NCBI GenBank assembly: GCA_019237095.1
Contig: JAFAHT010000481.1
Coordinates: 1-43,491, forward strand
DNA from: Planctomycetaceae bacterium
GTDB lineage: Bacteria; Planctomycetota; Planctomycetia; Isosphaerales; Isosphaeraceae
Reading direction: 5' to 3'
Length of the DNA stretch: 43,491 bases
The notes beneath the pieces were generated by a model. That model had not been told where the DNA came from and did not search any database. It saw nothing but the letters and a program-made list of their open reading frames with translations. The position numbers and the translations under genes were made by a program. This document shows positions 8,733 through 18,968 of this stretch, in pieces. Position 1 is the first letter of the stretch, and each line of letters starts with the position of its first letter.

Positions 8733-10274
8733 ATGTATGACCTCGTGGTGATCGGTGGGGGCTCAGGGGGGTTGCACCTGGCCACGTTGGCCGCACGCGT
8801 CGGTGCCAAGGTGGCCCTGATCGACAAGAGGCCTCCCGGAGAAAAAGGCTGGTTGGCGGCGGTCGTGCCCAGCAAGGGTCTGGTGCAGGCGGCCCGGCTG
8901 GTCCGGCAGATTCGCGGAGCCAGTGAGTTCGGAATCCACGTCGAGCCGCCCCGCGTCGATCTTGCTTCGGTGCTGAACCGGCTGCATCGTGTGTCCGAGG
9001 CGTTTGCCGCGGATCATTCGGACGAGGCTCTCGCGGCTCGCGGCATCGACGTCTTCCACGGGACGGCCGCCTTCGAAGCCTACGACACGGTACTGCTGGA
9101 CGGCACCAAGCGTGTCGAAGGGCAGCGGTTCGTGATCGCCACCGGCTCGCGGCCGGCGCCGCCGAAGATCCCCGGACTGGGCGAGGCCGGATGCCTCGAC
9201 GACGCTTCACTCTGGTCGCTCACCCAGGTGCCCGAGAGCCTGACCGTCATCGGGGCCGGTCCGATCGGCATGGAGTTCGCCCAGGTCTTCGCCCGGCTCG
9301 GATCGAAAGTGACCGTTCTGACCGATGAGGACCGGGTGCTCCCCCGCGAGGATCCCGAAATCTCCGGGCACGTCGCCTGCATGCTCACCGGAGAGGGCAT
9401 CACCATCAAGCGGCGGGCGTTGATCGAGAACATCGAGAAGCGCGGCGATCAGAAAGTCTGCATTTACAACGACGGGGACACCGGCGAGCGTGCTGAGGTC
9501 TCGTCCGCGGAGATCCTCTGCGCCTCGGCCCACCTCGCCAACGTCGAGCACCTGAACCTCGAGGCCGTGGGAGTCCATGCTGACCCGGAACACGGCATCG
9601 AGGTCAATGAACTGCTGCAGACCCACGCGGTCCGCGTCTTCGCGATCGGCGACGTCCTGAAGCGCAACCAGTACACACACGCGGCCGAGGCCGAGGCCGA
9701 AGTCGCCTTCCAGAACGCCGTGCTTCGCCGCCGCCGCAAGATGGATTACACCAACCTTCCGTGGGCCACGTTTCTTGATCCCGAGGTGGCGACCGTCGGT
9801 ATCTCCGAAGCCCAGGCCAAGGCCGATGACCTTGAGCATCACCTTTTCCGGGTCAACTATGCCGACATCGATCGCGCCCGCATTGAAGGCCGGACGGAGG
9901 GCTTTACCAAGGTGGTGGCCTCGCCTTCGGGCAAAATTCTGGGTGCGACCATTCTCGGCATGCAGGCCAGCCTGATATTGCAGCAACTGGTGCTGGCAAT
10001 GGACGCGGGGCTCGGCCTGGGCGATCTTGCCGAGACGACCCAGATCTATCCGACCTATGGCCAGGTGATTCGCGAGCTCGCCGGCCAGTTCCAGACAACC
10101 CGCCTCGAGCGGTGCTTCATGGCGACAGCGCTCCGGTACTTTTACGGCTTCCGGCCCCGCACCGATGCCGTCGACGGAGCGTCTTCCCGCACGCCAGGCG
10201 CTCCCATTGGATCTGATGACGATGCGAGCGCCGCGTCCCATTCGACCGGCCCCGCACACGGACATGGTCACTGA
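8733..10274 (+). CDS. Pyridine nucleotide-disulfide oxidoreductase (Lpd/MerA family) lacking the redox-active cysteines
   Basis: MYDLVVIGGGSGG, IATGSRP, VIGAGPIGMEFA, FAIGDV, dimerisation domain with IYPT; start trimmed from the 7968 ORF. Confidence 0.88.
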   Translation: MYDLVVIGGGSGGLHLATLAARVGAKVALIDKRPPGEKGWLAAVVPSKGLVQAARLVRQIRGASEFGIHVEPPRVDLASVLNRLHRVSEAFAADHSDEALAARGIDVFHGTAAFEAYDTVLLDGTKRVEGQRFVIATGSRPAPPKIPGLGEAGCLDDASLWSLTQVPESLTVIGAGPIGMEFAQVFARLGSKVTVLTDEDRVLPREDPEISGHVACMLTGEGITIKRRALIENIEKRGDQKVCIYNDGDTGERAEVSSAEILCASAHLANVEHLNLEAVGVHADPEHGIEVNELLQTHAVRVFAIGDVLKRNQYTHAAEAEAEVAFQNAVLRRRRKMDYTNLPWATFLDPEVATVGISEAQAKADDLEHHLFRVNYADIDRARIEGRTEGFTKVVASPSGKILGATILGMQASLILQQLVLAMDAGLGLGDLAETTQIYPTYGQVIRELAGQFQTTRLERCFMATALRYFYGFRPRTDAVDGASSRTPGAPIGSDDDASAASHSTGPAHGHGH

Positions 10275-10423
10275 ACCGGCGGTAATTCGCCAGCCAGGGC
10301 TTGGAAGCGATGGAACGAAAGGTCGCTCTCGTTGCAGGAGCCAGAAGTACATTCCCTGAAAGCCAGTGCAACCTCGTTACCGGCGAGATCGCAGCACTCC
10401 AGGGTCGACCGGCCCGACCCCAA

Positions 10424-11704
10424 TCAGGCCGTGGCGGCATCCAGCGGACTGCGCCAGATTGGCTGCACGGGGAAGAGGATGCGAGCGGCGTCAAGGGCCG
10501 TTGCGGTCGAGGCGACGAACCCTTCGTCGCCGGTCGTGGAATCGACGCTGGTATGGCCCATCAGCAATCGCACCAGAGTCTGGGGCGAGAGGGTAAGGTG
10601 CCGGCGGCTGAGCTTATCGGGCTCGATCCGGCTGTTCTTCCCCTCGATGTGAATCAGCCAGCGGTGATCGTCGGTGGTGATGCCCAGCTCCAAGGGCAGG
10701 GCACAGCCCGCTGCCGAAGCGCGTCGGCTCAGTTCCGGAAGGATACACTTGAGAAACCCGCCCGCGTCGGGAATGTGATACATCGAGAGGGCCGAGTCGA
10801 CGATGTCCTGGTCGATCAGGCGGCCGGAAGCGCTCAGGAAAGCCTCGATGACCGGATGATCGACAGGGGCATGGACCGTGACCTGAGGATAAGCACGCTC
10901 GAGTGCTTCGGCCCGCACCCGGCCCAGTAGCGAACGAAGCGCCTGCGGATGAGCCGGATCGGAGGCGATCTCGAGAATCTTGTGATCCTTCACGAAGGCA
11001 TAACCGCGCACGGTTTCACCCTGACAGACAACCCAGATGACGTGGGCGTAGCGACGGCCGATCAGCCACCGCCAATATTCCTCTGATCGGATGACCGATC
11101 CGGTGACCTGGGCGTACTGCATCTCGTAAAGCGACATCAGGTCGGCAAGCTCGACTTGTCGCCAGGGACGGACGTGCCAGAAGCCCGCCCGTCCCTCGAT
11201 CAGCCCGTCAATGACCTGGGGCAGGTTGCGGCTGAGGGCCTGGGCGTAAGTCTGCCGCCCACAAACACCCCAGCCGAGCGGTCGATAGAACTGAGGCATG
11301 CCGGTCGTCAGGGCTTGGAGCACGTGCCCCGTCGCTCGGGCCCGCTCGTCCGCCAGACGCATCAGGTTCTGGGCAAACCCCAAACCTCGAAACTCAGGCA
11401 GTGTCCCTACCCACATCACTCCGTTGATCGGCACCCTGGCACAGCCATACCGAACCTCGCGCTCCGTGAGGTGAGCATGGCTGACCACGCGCCCATCAAC
11501 CTTGGCCAGCAGACGCTGCTCGGGACGATAGGCAGGATCGCTCAAGGCGCCCAGGAACGACTCTCGATCCGGACCGTGAAACACGTGGAGCAGGGTCTGG
11601 TACACGGCTTCATGGTCGGCTTCGGTTCCAAGGCTATACTCGACCGAGCCGCGGCGAAACGGCAAGCGTACCGCCGACGATAGAGCTTTCATCGGGTCGA
11701 CCAT
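10424..11704 (-). CDS. Eis-like GNAT N-acetyltransferase (tandem GNAT plus SCP2-like C-terminus)
   Basis: VGTLPEFRGLGFA acetyl-CoA motif, FYRPLGW, RSEEYWRW, C-terminal LVRLLMG; start uncertain (11773/11704/11692). Confidence 0.8.
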   Translation of the reverse strand: MVDPMKALSSAVRLPFRRGSVEYSLGTEADHEAVYQTLLHVFHGPDRESFLGALSDPAYRPEQRLLAKVDGRVVSHAHLTEREVRYGCARVPINGVMWVGTLPEFRGLGFAQNLMRLADERARATGHVLQALTTGMPQFYRPLGWGVCGRQTYAQALSRNLPQVIDGLIEGRAGFWHVRPWRQVELADLMSLYEMQYAQVTGSVIRSEEYWRWLIGRRYAHVIWVVCQGETVRGYAFVKDHKILEIASDPAHPQALRSLLGRVRAEALERAYPQVTVHAPVDHPVIEAFLSASGRLIDQDIVDSALSMYHIPDAGGFLKCILPELSRRASAAGCALPLELGITTDDHRWLIHIEGKNSRIEPDKLSRRHLTLSPQTLVRLLMGHTSVDSTTGDEGFVASTATALDAARILFPVQPIWRSPLDAATA

Positions 11705-11933
11705 TCTGGGAACACGTCGCGCGGGGCGGGAACTGTCAGCCGAAGACCAAGAGGATCCAACGCTACTCATCACGCAACACCCTGTTCACATTGTACGAGC
11801 TAAAAATCGTGTCTGCCTCAAGGTACTCACCGACCTTGTGGCTTTTTCGACGCCTGAGTTTGCCGGATTGCCGATTGGACTCGAAGCCAACATTATTTCA
11901 AATTAAACGCAAATTAACCCCTAAAGTTAATAC

Positions 11934-13559
11934 TTAAGAATCCAGCCCGGAGCCCAAGCCAATCATTGTTTTGTGCAAGCGCTGTGCCGAATGGAGCACC
12001 CAGGCGTACTCGCGACCATGCGCCAGGCGGTTCCACTCCAGACCCGCAAGGACTTGCGATCTCCGGATTTCAAGCGAATGGCGTGATTCCTGCACCAGTT
12101 CTTGGAGTGCTTCATTGATTGCTCGGATCGCCCGAAAACGAGCAATCCTCTCCTGCCTGATGGCGCCTTCTCGCGCAATTACCTCACGCTTGTTACTAAT
12201 CAAGTTACGAACCTGGGGCGAAAGTGGTTCGGAGAGATGGCGATCCGGATTGTAAACCAGGTCGCGGAGGGCCCGCTCCAACGCTGCAAGCTCTGATGGC
12301 GTGGCAGTCTGATCAGGCAGGCCCAGCCAGGCGGTCAAGGAGAGGGTGAGGAATTCTGGAGGCTCGATGCCGAAGAATTGCCGGGCGATGGAGTCGCCCA
12401 GCTCGTCGTACTTCGCCCCGCCGATACCGTGAATGAACAGATCGCCCAAGAGATAGCGGCAGAACATGGTTGTTGTCAGCGCCCTGGTGCGCAGGCGAAT
12501 CGACCGGCTGGCGAGATCATGCAGCCGTTCTACCGCGCAGCAAGCCTCGCGGTCAGGGGACAGGGGCAGCTCGATCAGGGGGTCGTCTTCGCCGGCGATC
12601 CGCAAGAACATCGTGCGCGGTGCCTGACGTACAAGCAGAGGCCGTCGGCGGGGTTGCCCCTGCCGCCAGACCCAGAAAGGGGCTTCACGCCACTCACCCT
12701 GGGCGCCGAGCGCGGAGACCGGATGGTTCTTGCTGCGGATGCCGTAAACCGCGCGATACTCAGCCAGGGCTGCGTTGTGGATCTGCTGGAATCGGGGAAG
12801 CTGGGCCAGCAGATGGGACGCGAACCAGAAGAAGCCCTCGGTCTGACAGACCTGGCTGAGGGGGATCTCTAGGTTGGAGACGCCCCACTTGCTCTCCAGC
12901 TCGCGCCGGGCCAAAGCAAGGCGCATTCCCAGAGTCGGCTGGCCTTTCGCCTGACGCAGGGCACGAGGCCAGAAAGCTTCGATGATCGGATCGGCAATGA
13001 CCCCGCCAAGGACTTGCCGCACGCGATCGCCAAACGAGGCGAAAAGGGACTCGTCATGGACCGCCAGGTCCTCGTAAGGCATCTCACCCTTCCACTGATC
13101 GAACTCGACCCGCACAATCTGGAGGCGGTCCTTGCCGACCCTGGGCACCCGGATCGAGGCCGACTTGGGTAAGTCGTTGTCCACAATCAAGTTCAATCCC
13201 AGGCCGCCGTGTGCCCTGGCAAGAGCGGCCGTGGCGAAGTTCTTGACCCAGACGCCGGGGTGAAAGAGCTCGGGCTGATGGCCGGTGATCACCAGGGGAG
13301 TGATCACCGCGTCGCCGGAGCACGGCCCGATCTCGGGAACGTCCAGTTCATGGCGGCGGAGGAAATGGCATGCGGCCGCAATGACTTCACGATGAACAAG
13401 GCCGCGCAGAATGCCGGCCCGGCGGCCCTGGAAGTCATGATCCCAACCCACGAGCCTTGCCGCAGTGCGGGTGAAGTGGACTGCCACCTCGGCGAGTGGT
13501 GGCACCGCCAGCAGGCCGCCGTCGTTCGAGGGAGCCCGCAGGCGATGGCCCTTCTTCAT
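11934..13559 (-). CDS. Conserved hypothetical protein, BshC-like (putative ligase)
   Basis: VITGHQPELFHPGVWVK and LFIHGIGGAKYD resemble the BshC motifs VTGQQ..LF.GP and YVGGPGE.AY; C-terminal coiled coil; ATGA overlap with the GT2 stop. Confidence 0.6.
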   Translation of the reverse strand: MKKGHRLRAPSNDGGLLAVPPLAEVAVHFTRTAARLVGWDHDFQGRRAGILRGLVHREVIAAACHFLRRHELDVPEIGPCSGDAVITPLVITGHQPELFHPGVWVKNFATAALARAHGGLGLNLIVDNDLPKSASIRVPRVGKDRLQIVRVEFDQWKGEMPYEDLAVHDESLFASFGDRVRQVLGGVIADPIIEAFWPRALRQAKGQPTLGMRLALARRELESKWGVSNLEIPLSQVCQTEGFFWFASHLLAQLPRFQQIHNAALAEYRAVYGIRSKNHPVSALGAQGEWREAPFWVWRQGQPRRRPLLVRQAPRTMFLRIAGEDDPLIELPLSPDREACCAVERLHDLASRSIRLRTRALTTTMFCRYLLGDLFIHGIGGAKYDELGDSIARQFFGIEPPEFLTLSLTAWLGLPDQTATPSELAALERALRDLVYNPDRHLSEPLSPQVRNLISNKREVIAREGAIRQERIARFRAIRAINEALQELVQESRHSLEIRRSQVLAGLEWNRLAHGREYAWVLHSAQRLHKTMIGLGSGLDS

Positions 13560-14275
13560 CCTCGACATCCTCCGGCCACTTCAAGCCCCGCCCTGCCCAG
13601 GGCCTCCTGGAGAACCTGCCTGTAATGCTTCAGCCGGAATGAAGAATCGTCGAGCGACCCGCCAAAGGCACGCTCCTCTTCGAGATAGATGAGCGGCACC
13701 GGAACCTCGACAATCGAGAGTCCGTGCTGCACGGCCTGCACCCAAACCTGAAGCGGCATGGCGTAGCCGTTATCCGTGATGTCGAAGACCTCGAGGGCCG
13801 AGCTGCGGTAGGCTTTGAAGCCGCAGAAAGCGTCGGTGAGGTTCAACCCCAGGCATTCGTTGAGCCAGCGCGTGACCTCAAGGTTGATCCGCCGGCGCTC
13901 TTCGGGAGGTCTCTGGTTGGGATCGAAGACCTGGAGATAACGGCTCCCCGAGACGATGTCGGCCTCGCCGAGACGCCTGGCGAGCGCGGGAATCCGGGCG
14001 GGCTCGTGCTGGCCGTCGCAATCCAGCGTCACCAGAGCGTCGTAGCCTCCCTCGATCGTCTCCTGGAACGCAGTGCGCAACCCTGCTCCGTAACCCAGGT
14101 TGCGTGGGTGCCGGAGCACCTTCACCGCGGCAAAGCGGCGGAGCAGCTCGGGCGTCTGGTCGGTCGAGCCATCATCGACAACCAGGATATTCTCGGCGTA
14201 CCGAGCCACCTCTCGCAGCACGTCCTCGAGGTATTTCTCTTCATTGTGAACGGGGATCGCGGTGAGAAGTCTCAT
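13556..14275 (-). CDS. Glycosyltransferase family 2, DPM1/polyprenol-phosphate glycosyltransferase-like
   Basis: IPVHNEE, VVDDGSTD, NLGYGAG, TLDCDGQH, VSGSRY, TDAFCGFKAY. Confidence 0.92.
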   Translation of the reverse strand: MRLLTAIPVHNEEKYLEDVLREVARYAENILVVDDGSTDQTPELLRRFAAVKVLRHPRNLGYGAGLRTAFQETIEGGYDALVTLDCDGQHEPARIPALARRLGEADIVSGSRYLQVFDPNQRPPEERRRINLEVTRWLNECLGLNLTDAFCGFKAYRSSALEVFDITDNGYAMPLQVWVQAVQHGLSIVEVPVPLIYLEEERAFGGSLDDSSFRLKHYRQVLQEALGRAGLEVAGGCRG

Positions 14276-14352
14276 CGGCGGGACCGCTGCATCTGAGGGA
14301 AGAGATCCGGGCTGCTAAAGGCTCGACCACGGTGCATTCACAAGACTTTCGC

Positions 14353-14380
14353 ATTCTAGGTCAGGGCACCTGGAAGTCAA
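14353..14380 (-). promoter_or_regulatory. Putative sigma70 promoter of the GT2 operon
   Basis: TTGACT-16 bp-TAGAAT. Confidence 0.55.
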
Positions 14381-14481
14381 CGTCGGGAACAATTCCGGCG
14401 CTGAGTCGGCAAAGCGGCCGAGTCCTTTTGATCGCTTCCTTTCTCAATGGAGTCGTCGTGACCCGGCACTCCTGATACCCC

Positions 14482-14511
14482 TTGACCCGATCGCTCGTCG
14501 ATTCCTAGCAT
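14482..14511 (+). promoter_or_regulatory. Putative divergent sigma70 promoter of the large membrane/TPR gene
   Basis: TTGACC-18 bp-TAGCAT. Confidence 0.45.
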
Positions 14512-14595
14512 GAGGCTTCTATCCTTAGCTCGAGCATGGTATGTGGTCGTAGCCTCACGTGCGCAATCTTACATCGCGGATACCGGCTGATTCTG

Positions 14596-17500
14596 ATGAC
14601 TCAAGCTGAAGCATCTCCACCTGTTCCGGAAAAGGAAACATCGCGCCCCAACACCGCGGACGATGCGGCCGTGACGGCGACCACCGAGGCCGACGCCGAG
14701 AGCCTGCCAGAACCCGAACCGTGGACACCTGAGCGCGTCTCGGAATGGAACGCTTATTATGACGTCTATGTGATGCTGGCCGCCCTCCTGCTGGCGTTCG
14801 TGGTCTCGGCGGTTCGTGTGGATGAAAACAACCCCTTGCTGTGGACCCACCTGAAGACGGGTGAGTTGACCGCGCAGCAGGGCTACCCGGTCGTCTCGGA
14901 CTCATTCTCCTATTCCGAGACCGGAACGCGGTGGGTCAACATTCCCTGGCTCTTCCAGTGGAGCCATGCCGCGATCTTCAGGCTGGTACGGGATCTGGTT
15001 CCCCCGGACCCGGCAGACCCGACGGCCAATCAAGCGTCCGCCGAGCAGCTCGCCATCGGTGTGCTGATCGGGATCAATGCCCTGGTGCGGCTGATCACGG
15101 CCTGGGTCTTGCTCAAGATCCGGCGTCCCGGGCCAGGCCTCTGGTGGTCGGCCGTTTGCGTGGCGCTGGCCCTGGGGGCCGTTGTGTGGCCGGCCAGAAT
15201 CTTGCCCGGAGGCATCGCCGGACCGGGCATGGTCGCCCCCTCAACATGGGGAATGCTCCTGCTGGCGATTGAGATGCTGCTGCTGCATCGTGCCTACAAC
15301 GAAGGCCGCCGCGGGGCCCTGTACGGGCTGGTTCCACTCTTCCTCGTATGGGTGAACCTGGACGACTCGTTCTTCGTGGGGCTGCTGATACTGGCGGCGG
15401 CGGCGGTGGGCCGAGTTCTTGATGGAAAGTCCGCCGTCACCCTGGTACGACGTTCCGCGAGCTCGCTCACGGATGACTGGACGGATGAACAGAAATCCTT
15501 GGCCCAGATCAGGCCAGTCAGCGCGGCCGCCGGGCTTCTGGTGCTGGTAATTTGCATTGCGGTTTGCCTTGCCAACCCCTCGACCTATCGCGTTTTCCCG
15601 ACCTCGATCGCACCCCTGTTGTCGCCTTTTGGGCCCAGGACAGAGGCTTTCCGATTCAGTGAGATCTCTTACTTCGGCAAGCAGATCCAGAAGCAGTGCC
15701 CGAACGACTGGTACTGGTTCACTGGATTTTATGTGTTCATGGTAGCAATTGGCCTGAGTTCGTTTCTCCTGAACGCACGCCGGTTTGCCTGGAGCCGGTT
15801 CCTGCCCTTTGCCGTGATCGCGGTGTTCTGGGCAATCTTCATGGGCTACCGGCAGGAATATGCGATCGTATTCGCCGCGGTGACCGCGATCAACGGCCAG
15901 GAGTGGTACCATGATCGATTCGGAACCCAGGGACGGCTGGGCTTGCTGCCGGCCCTCTGGTCGACAGGCGGCCGGCTGGTGACGCTGGCGGTGCTCTTTT
16001 TCTGCGTGAGCGCGGCTATCACGGGCTGGGGCAGGCTGCCCGACGAGCTGCGCTTCGGCTTCTCTTTCGATGCCAACGACTTCGCCTTTGAGGCCGCCGA
16101 ATACCTGGCCCGGCAACAGGATATCAAGGGCAACATCCTCAACACGACGGCCGCCCAGGGCGATGCTCTGATCTGGAGGGCTTATCCGGCGCGGAGGACG
16201 TTCATCGACAGCCGCAATGTCTTCACCAACGAGAAGTGTGAAGAACTCCGCCGCCTGCGAGTGGCCATCCGCGATGATGTCGCGGACGAGTGGAAACCTG
16301 CGCTCGACCACTACGACATCACCGCGGTGATGATCGATCTGGCGGGAGCAAGCGGAGCCATCGAGTCGAGGTCGAGCAGGACGTACAAGCAATTGACCCA
16401 GAGCCCGAACTGGATTCCCTTCTACGACGATGGCCGCGTGGTCATCTTCGGTCGGGCCGACGCCCGTGAACCCGACCTGGCCACGTTCAAGAATTACCGG
16501 CTCTTGCCGGAATTGAGAGCTTACCGCGTTGCGCAGTCCGTTCCCTCGGCCGATCGTCCGCCGACGCCAACCTCATGGATCGACGATTTCTTCAAGAACC
16601 GTCTGGCCGGCCGGCCGCAGACGCATACCAATGCGGCGGTGCGCTGGCTTCAAGGAGGGATGCTGGAAGGCGATCAGCCCACGCTACCCGACCCTGCGCG
16701 GTGTCTGCTGGCGATCCGCGAAGCGCGAACCGCCCTGGCAAAGAATCCCGACGACTGGGTCGCCTACCGTCTGCTCGACGCCGCCTACCGCTTCCTTGCG
16801 CAAGCCGAAACTGCACTCCTCTCCGGCATCCCGCTCGACCGCCAGAATCAGAGCCGGGTCAGCGCGCTGGTGCCCAATATCGATGTCCTCACCATGCGGT
16901 TCAAACAACGGGTCACGGCGCTCAACTATGCGATCCTGACCACGCCGCCTCCCAAGACCCCCGACGCACGCCGAGAGCTCCAGGCCCTGAACATGGAACT
17001 GTTCCAGCTCTTTCTCCGGGCAGGATGTATCGACCTGGCCCGCGACCGGCTCCAGATCTTCCTCGACCAGGTCCAGCCGGGCGACTTTCCGTCCCCAGAG
17101 GCAGAATCGCAGTACCGGCAACAGCTTGAACAGCTCAATCAGCGGGTCAAGCAGGTGGAAGACAACCTGATGGACCTGCAGGTCGAGCGCCAAGCTGGTC
17201 CGGTCGAGAAGGCCATTGCCGCTCGCAATCAGGGAGCACCCGGGCTGGCCATCGGCGAGCTCGAGGAAGCCAATCGCGGCAATATGAGCCCGCTGATCGT
17301 CAAGCCGCAGCTCGTCGACCTGTTCTGCTTCACCGGTCAGCCCGACCGAGCGGTGGAATTGCTTTCCACGGGGGCCAGCGAGGACCCCAACCTGGGAACC
17401 GATCCGGGCACCTCGTTCATGAGGCAGGGTCAGGTTTACTGCCTCCTGGGCAACTACACGACCGCCGCCCATCTCTGGCAGGAGCGCGCAATTCCCCGGC

Positions 17501-18033
17501 TGCAGTTCGATCGCGGCATGCGGGCACTGACGATGGCCCAGCTTCTTACCCGCGGTGAATTGACCCACGCGACCAACATCAGCTTGATCCTGCCCACACT
17601 GGTGAGTCGCCAGGCCTCCTGGGAATACGATCTGGCTCTCTGTTTGCTCGAGTCGGGTTCGCCCGATGGTGCCGCGGAATACTTCACTCGCGCCTTGAAG
17701 CTCGTTCCCGAGCTATCGGTCCGACCGATCATTTCCTACTACCTGGAGAAGTTGGGCAAACCGGTTCCCGAACTGCCCAAGAAGGCGGATTTACCGCAGC
17801 CCCGAGCGGGGACGACGGTTGATTCGCTGCTTCGGGGCCCAGGCCCATCGCCCGCGACTTCTCCGCTGGCGGCGCCGAATCCTGCTGGCGCTTCGCCGGC
17901 TCCCGCCGAACCGGCAAAGCCAAAGCCGGGAAACGCCGCGGTCTCCAAAGAAGAGCCCAAGCCGGCGCCCAGCAGGGGAGACGAAGAAGAAATGATCGAA
18001 CCACGAAATACACGAAAAAGAACGACGACCTGA
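14596..18033 (+). CDS. Large polytopic membrane protein (GT-C-like N-terminal half) with C-terminal TPR-like helical region
   Basis: About 11-12 hydrophobic segments; LWTHLKTGE...DSFSY...WVNIPWLFQ, WVNLD and FIDSR motifs; TPR-like repeats (ALAKNPDDWVAY, YFTRALKLVP); Pro-rich tail. Confidence 0.7.
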   Translation: MTQAEASPPVPEKETSRPNTADDAAVTATTEADAESLPEPEPWTPERVSEWNAYYDVYVMLAALLLAFVVSAVRVDENNPLLWTHLKTGELTAQQGYPVVSDSFSYSETGTRWVNIPWLFQWSHAAIFRLVRDLVPPDPADPTANQASAEQLAIGVLIGINALVRLITAWVLLKIRRPGPGLWWSAVCVALALGAVVWPARILPGGIAGPGMVAPSTWGMLLLAIEMLLLHRAYNEGRRGALYGLVPLFLVWVNLDDSFFVGLLILAAAAVGRVLDGKSAVTLVRRSASSLTDDWTDEQKSLAQIRPVSAAAGLLVLVICIAVCLANPSTYRVFPTSIAPLLSPFGPRTEAFRFSEISYFGKQIQKQCPNDWYWFTGFYVFMVAIGLSSFLLNARRFAWSRFLPFAVIAVFWAIFMGYRQEYAIVFAAVTAINGQEWYHDRFGTQGRLGLLPALWSTGGRLVTLAVLFFCVSAAITGWGRLPDELRFGFSFDANDFAFEAAEYLARQQDIKGNILNTTAAQGDALIWRAYPARRTFIDSRNVFTNEKCEELRRLRVAIRDDVADEWKPALDHYDITAVMIDLAGASGAIESRSSRTYKQLTQSPNWIPFYDDGRVVIFGRADAREPDLATFKNYRLLPELRAYRVAQSVPSADRPPTPTSWIDDFFKNRLAGRPQTHTNAAVRWLQGGMLEGDQPTLPDPARCLLAIREARTALAKNPDDWVAYRLLDAAYRFLAQAETALLSGIPLDRQNQSRVSALVPNIDVLTMRFKQRVTALNYAILTTPPPKTPDARRELQALNMELFQLFLRAGCIDLARDRLQIFLDQVQPGDFPSPEAESQYRQQLEQLNQRVKQVEDNLMDLQVERQAGPVEKAIAARNQGAPGLAIGELEEANRGNMSPLIVKPQLVDLFCFTGQPDRAVELLSTGASEDPNLGTDPGTSFMRQGQVYCLLGNYTTAAHLWQERAIPRLQFDRGMRALTMAQLLTRGELTHATNISLILPTLVSRQASWEYDLALCLLESGSPDGAAEYFTRALKLVPELSVRPIISYYLEKLGKPVPELPKKADLPQPRAGTTVDSLLRGPGPSPATSPLAAPNPAGASPAPAEPAKPKPGNAAVSKEEPKPAPSRGDEEEMIEPRNTRKRTTT
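17999..18017 (+). repeat. Short 9-mer repeat relic AACCACGAAATACACGAAA
   Basis: CACGAAA recurring at a 9-bp period; resembles the 9-mer repeats recalled around GxxExxY genes. Confidence 0.45.
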
Positions 18034-18382
18034 CAAGGGCTTCCGATAGCAACGGAGAAAAAAACTTGGTCCGAGGTCCCAGTTCCACTGGGATGTGATA
18101 TTTTAAGGAAAATACCTAATCAAGCCGGATTTCCATTGACATGCCATATCGCGCCAATTAAACGATAATTCGAGGGATCTAAAATGCCTTGCCTTCCAGT
18201 GCGATTGCTTCCAGCAAATCGGAAGTGAGGAAGGAGTGTCGTGATTGGCATTAACATAAGGTCTCAAGTCCCACGTAGGAAACCGGTTGCGACGAGTTGA
18301 GCACAAAAGGAGGGTTCTCCTTCGTTCAGGTAGTAGGAACATACCAACTGGATGGATCATGCCACCTTGGGAGAATCCTCCA

Positions 18383-18748
18383 ATGCGATTGCATCAGCGC
18401 TTGGTTAGCATCTGCGGCGGCATCCGAAAAGAAGTGGCCACCCACCTCGACGAACAGGCCATCGACGCCGCCTGCCGCGAGGAGAAATACACCTGGCGGG
18501 AGCGACTGTTCAATCCCACCAATACAGTCCATCTGTTCATCCTCCAGATCCTCAACCGCAACACTGCCCTCAATGACCTACCCCGCAAGAGTCACGAATC
18601 CTTCACCGGTTCGGCCTTCTGCAAGGCGCGACGGCGACTTCCCCTGCGGGTTTTCCAACGCTTGCTCCGCAGCTTGGCCGAAACGCTCTCGCCCCATCCC
18701 GGCGGGGAGCGGATCGACAAGGAGGGCCGCTGGTGTGGCCACCGATGA
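18383..18748 (+). mobile_element. IS4-family transposase N-terminal fragment (truncated before the DDE core)
   Basis: IDAACREEKYTWRERLFNP...SAFCKARRRLPL.VF...GRWCGHR, ending just where the first catalytic Asp (xxVDG) would follow. Confidence 0.8.
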
Positions 18749-18895
18749 CAAGGCCGCCGCGGCCCAGCTCAAAGAGAGGGGTTATGTCTTGCGTGGGTTC
18801 CAAACGATTGACACTGGGAACGATACGGGATTTACCATGATTCTTAGAGATTGACGCTGAGGACGGAACGAACTTTAAATCACAATTCGGGGCTG

Positions 18896-18968
18896 GAAAC
18901 AGGGACGCAGCTAGTTCTTGATTCTAGCTGCGTCCCCGTTTCACGTCCACCGTTCCCGTTTCACGTCC
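18896..18968. repeat. REP-like palindromic element, family A (second copy), reiterated right arm
   Basis: GAAACAGGGACGCAGCTAG-9 nt-CTAGCTGCGTCCCCGTTTCACGTCC plus an extra CCCGTTTCACGTCC. Confidence 0.85.
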
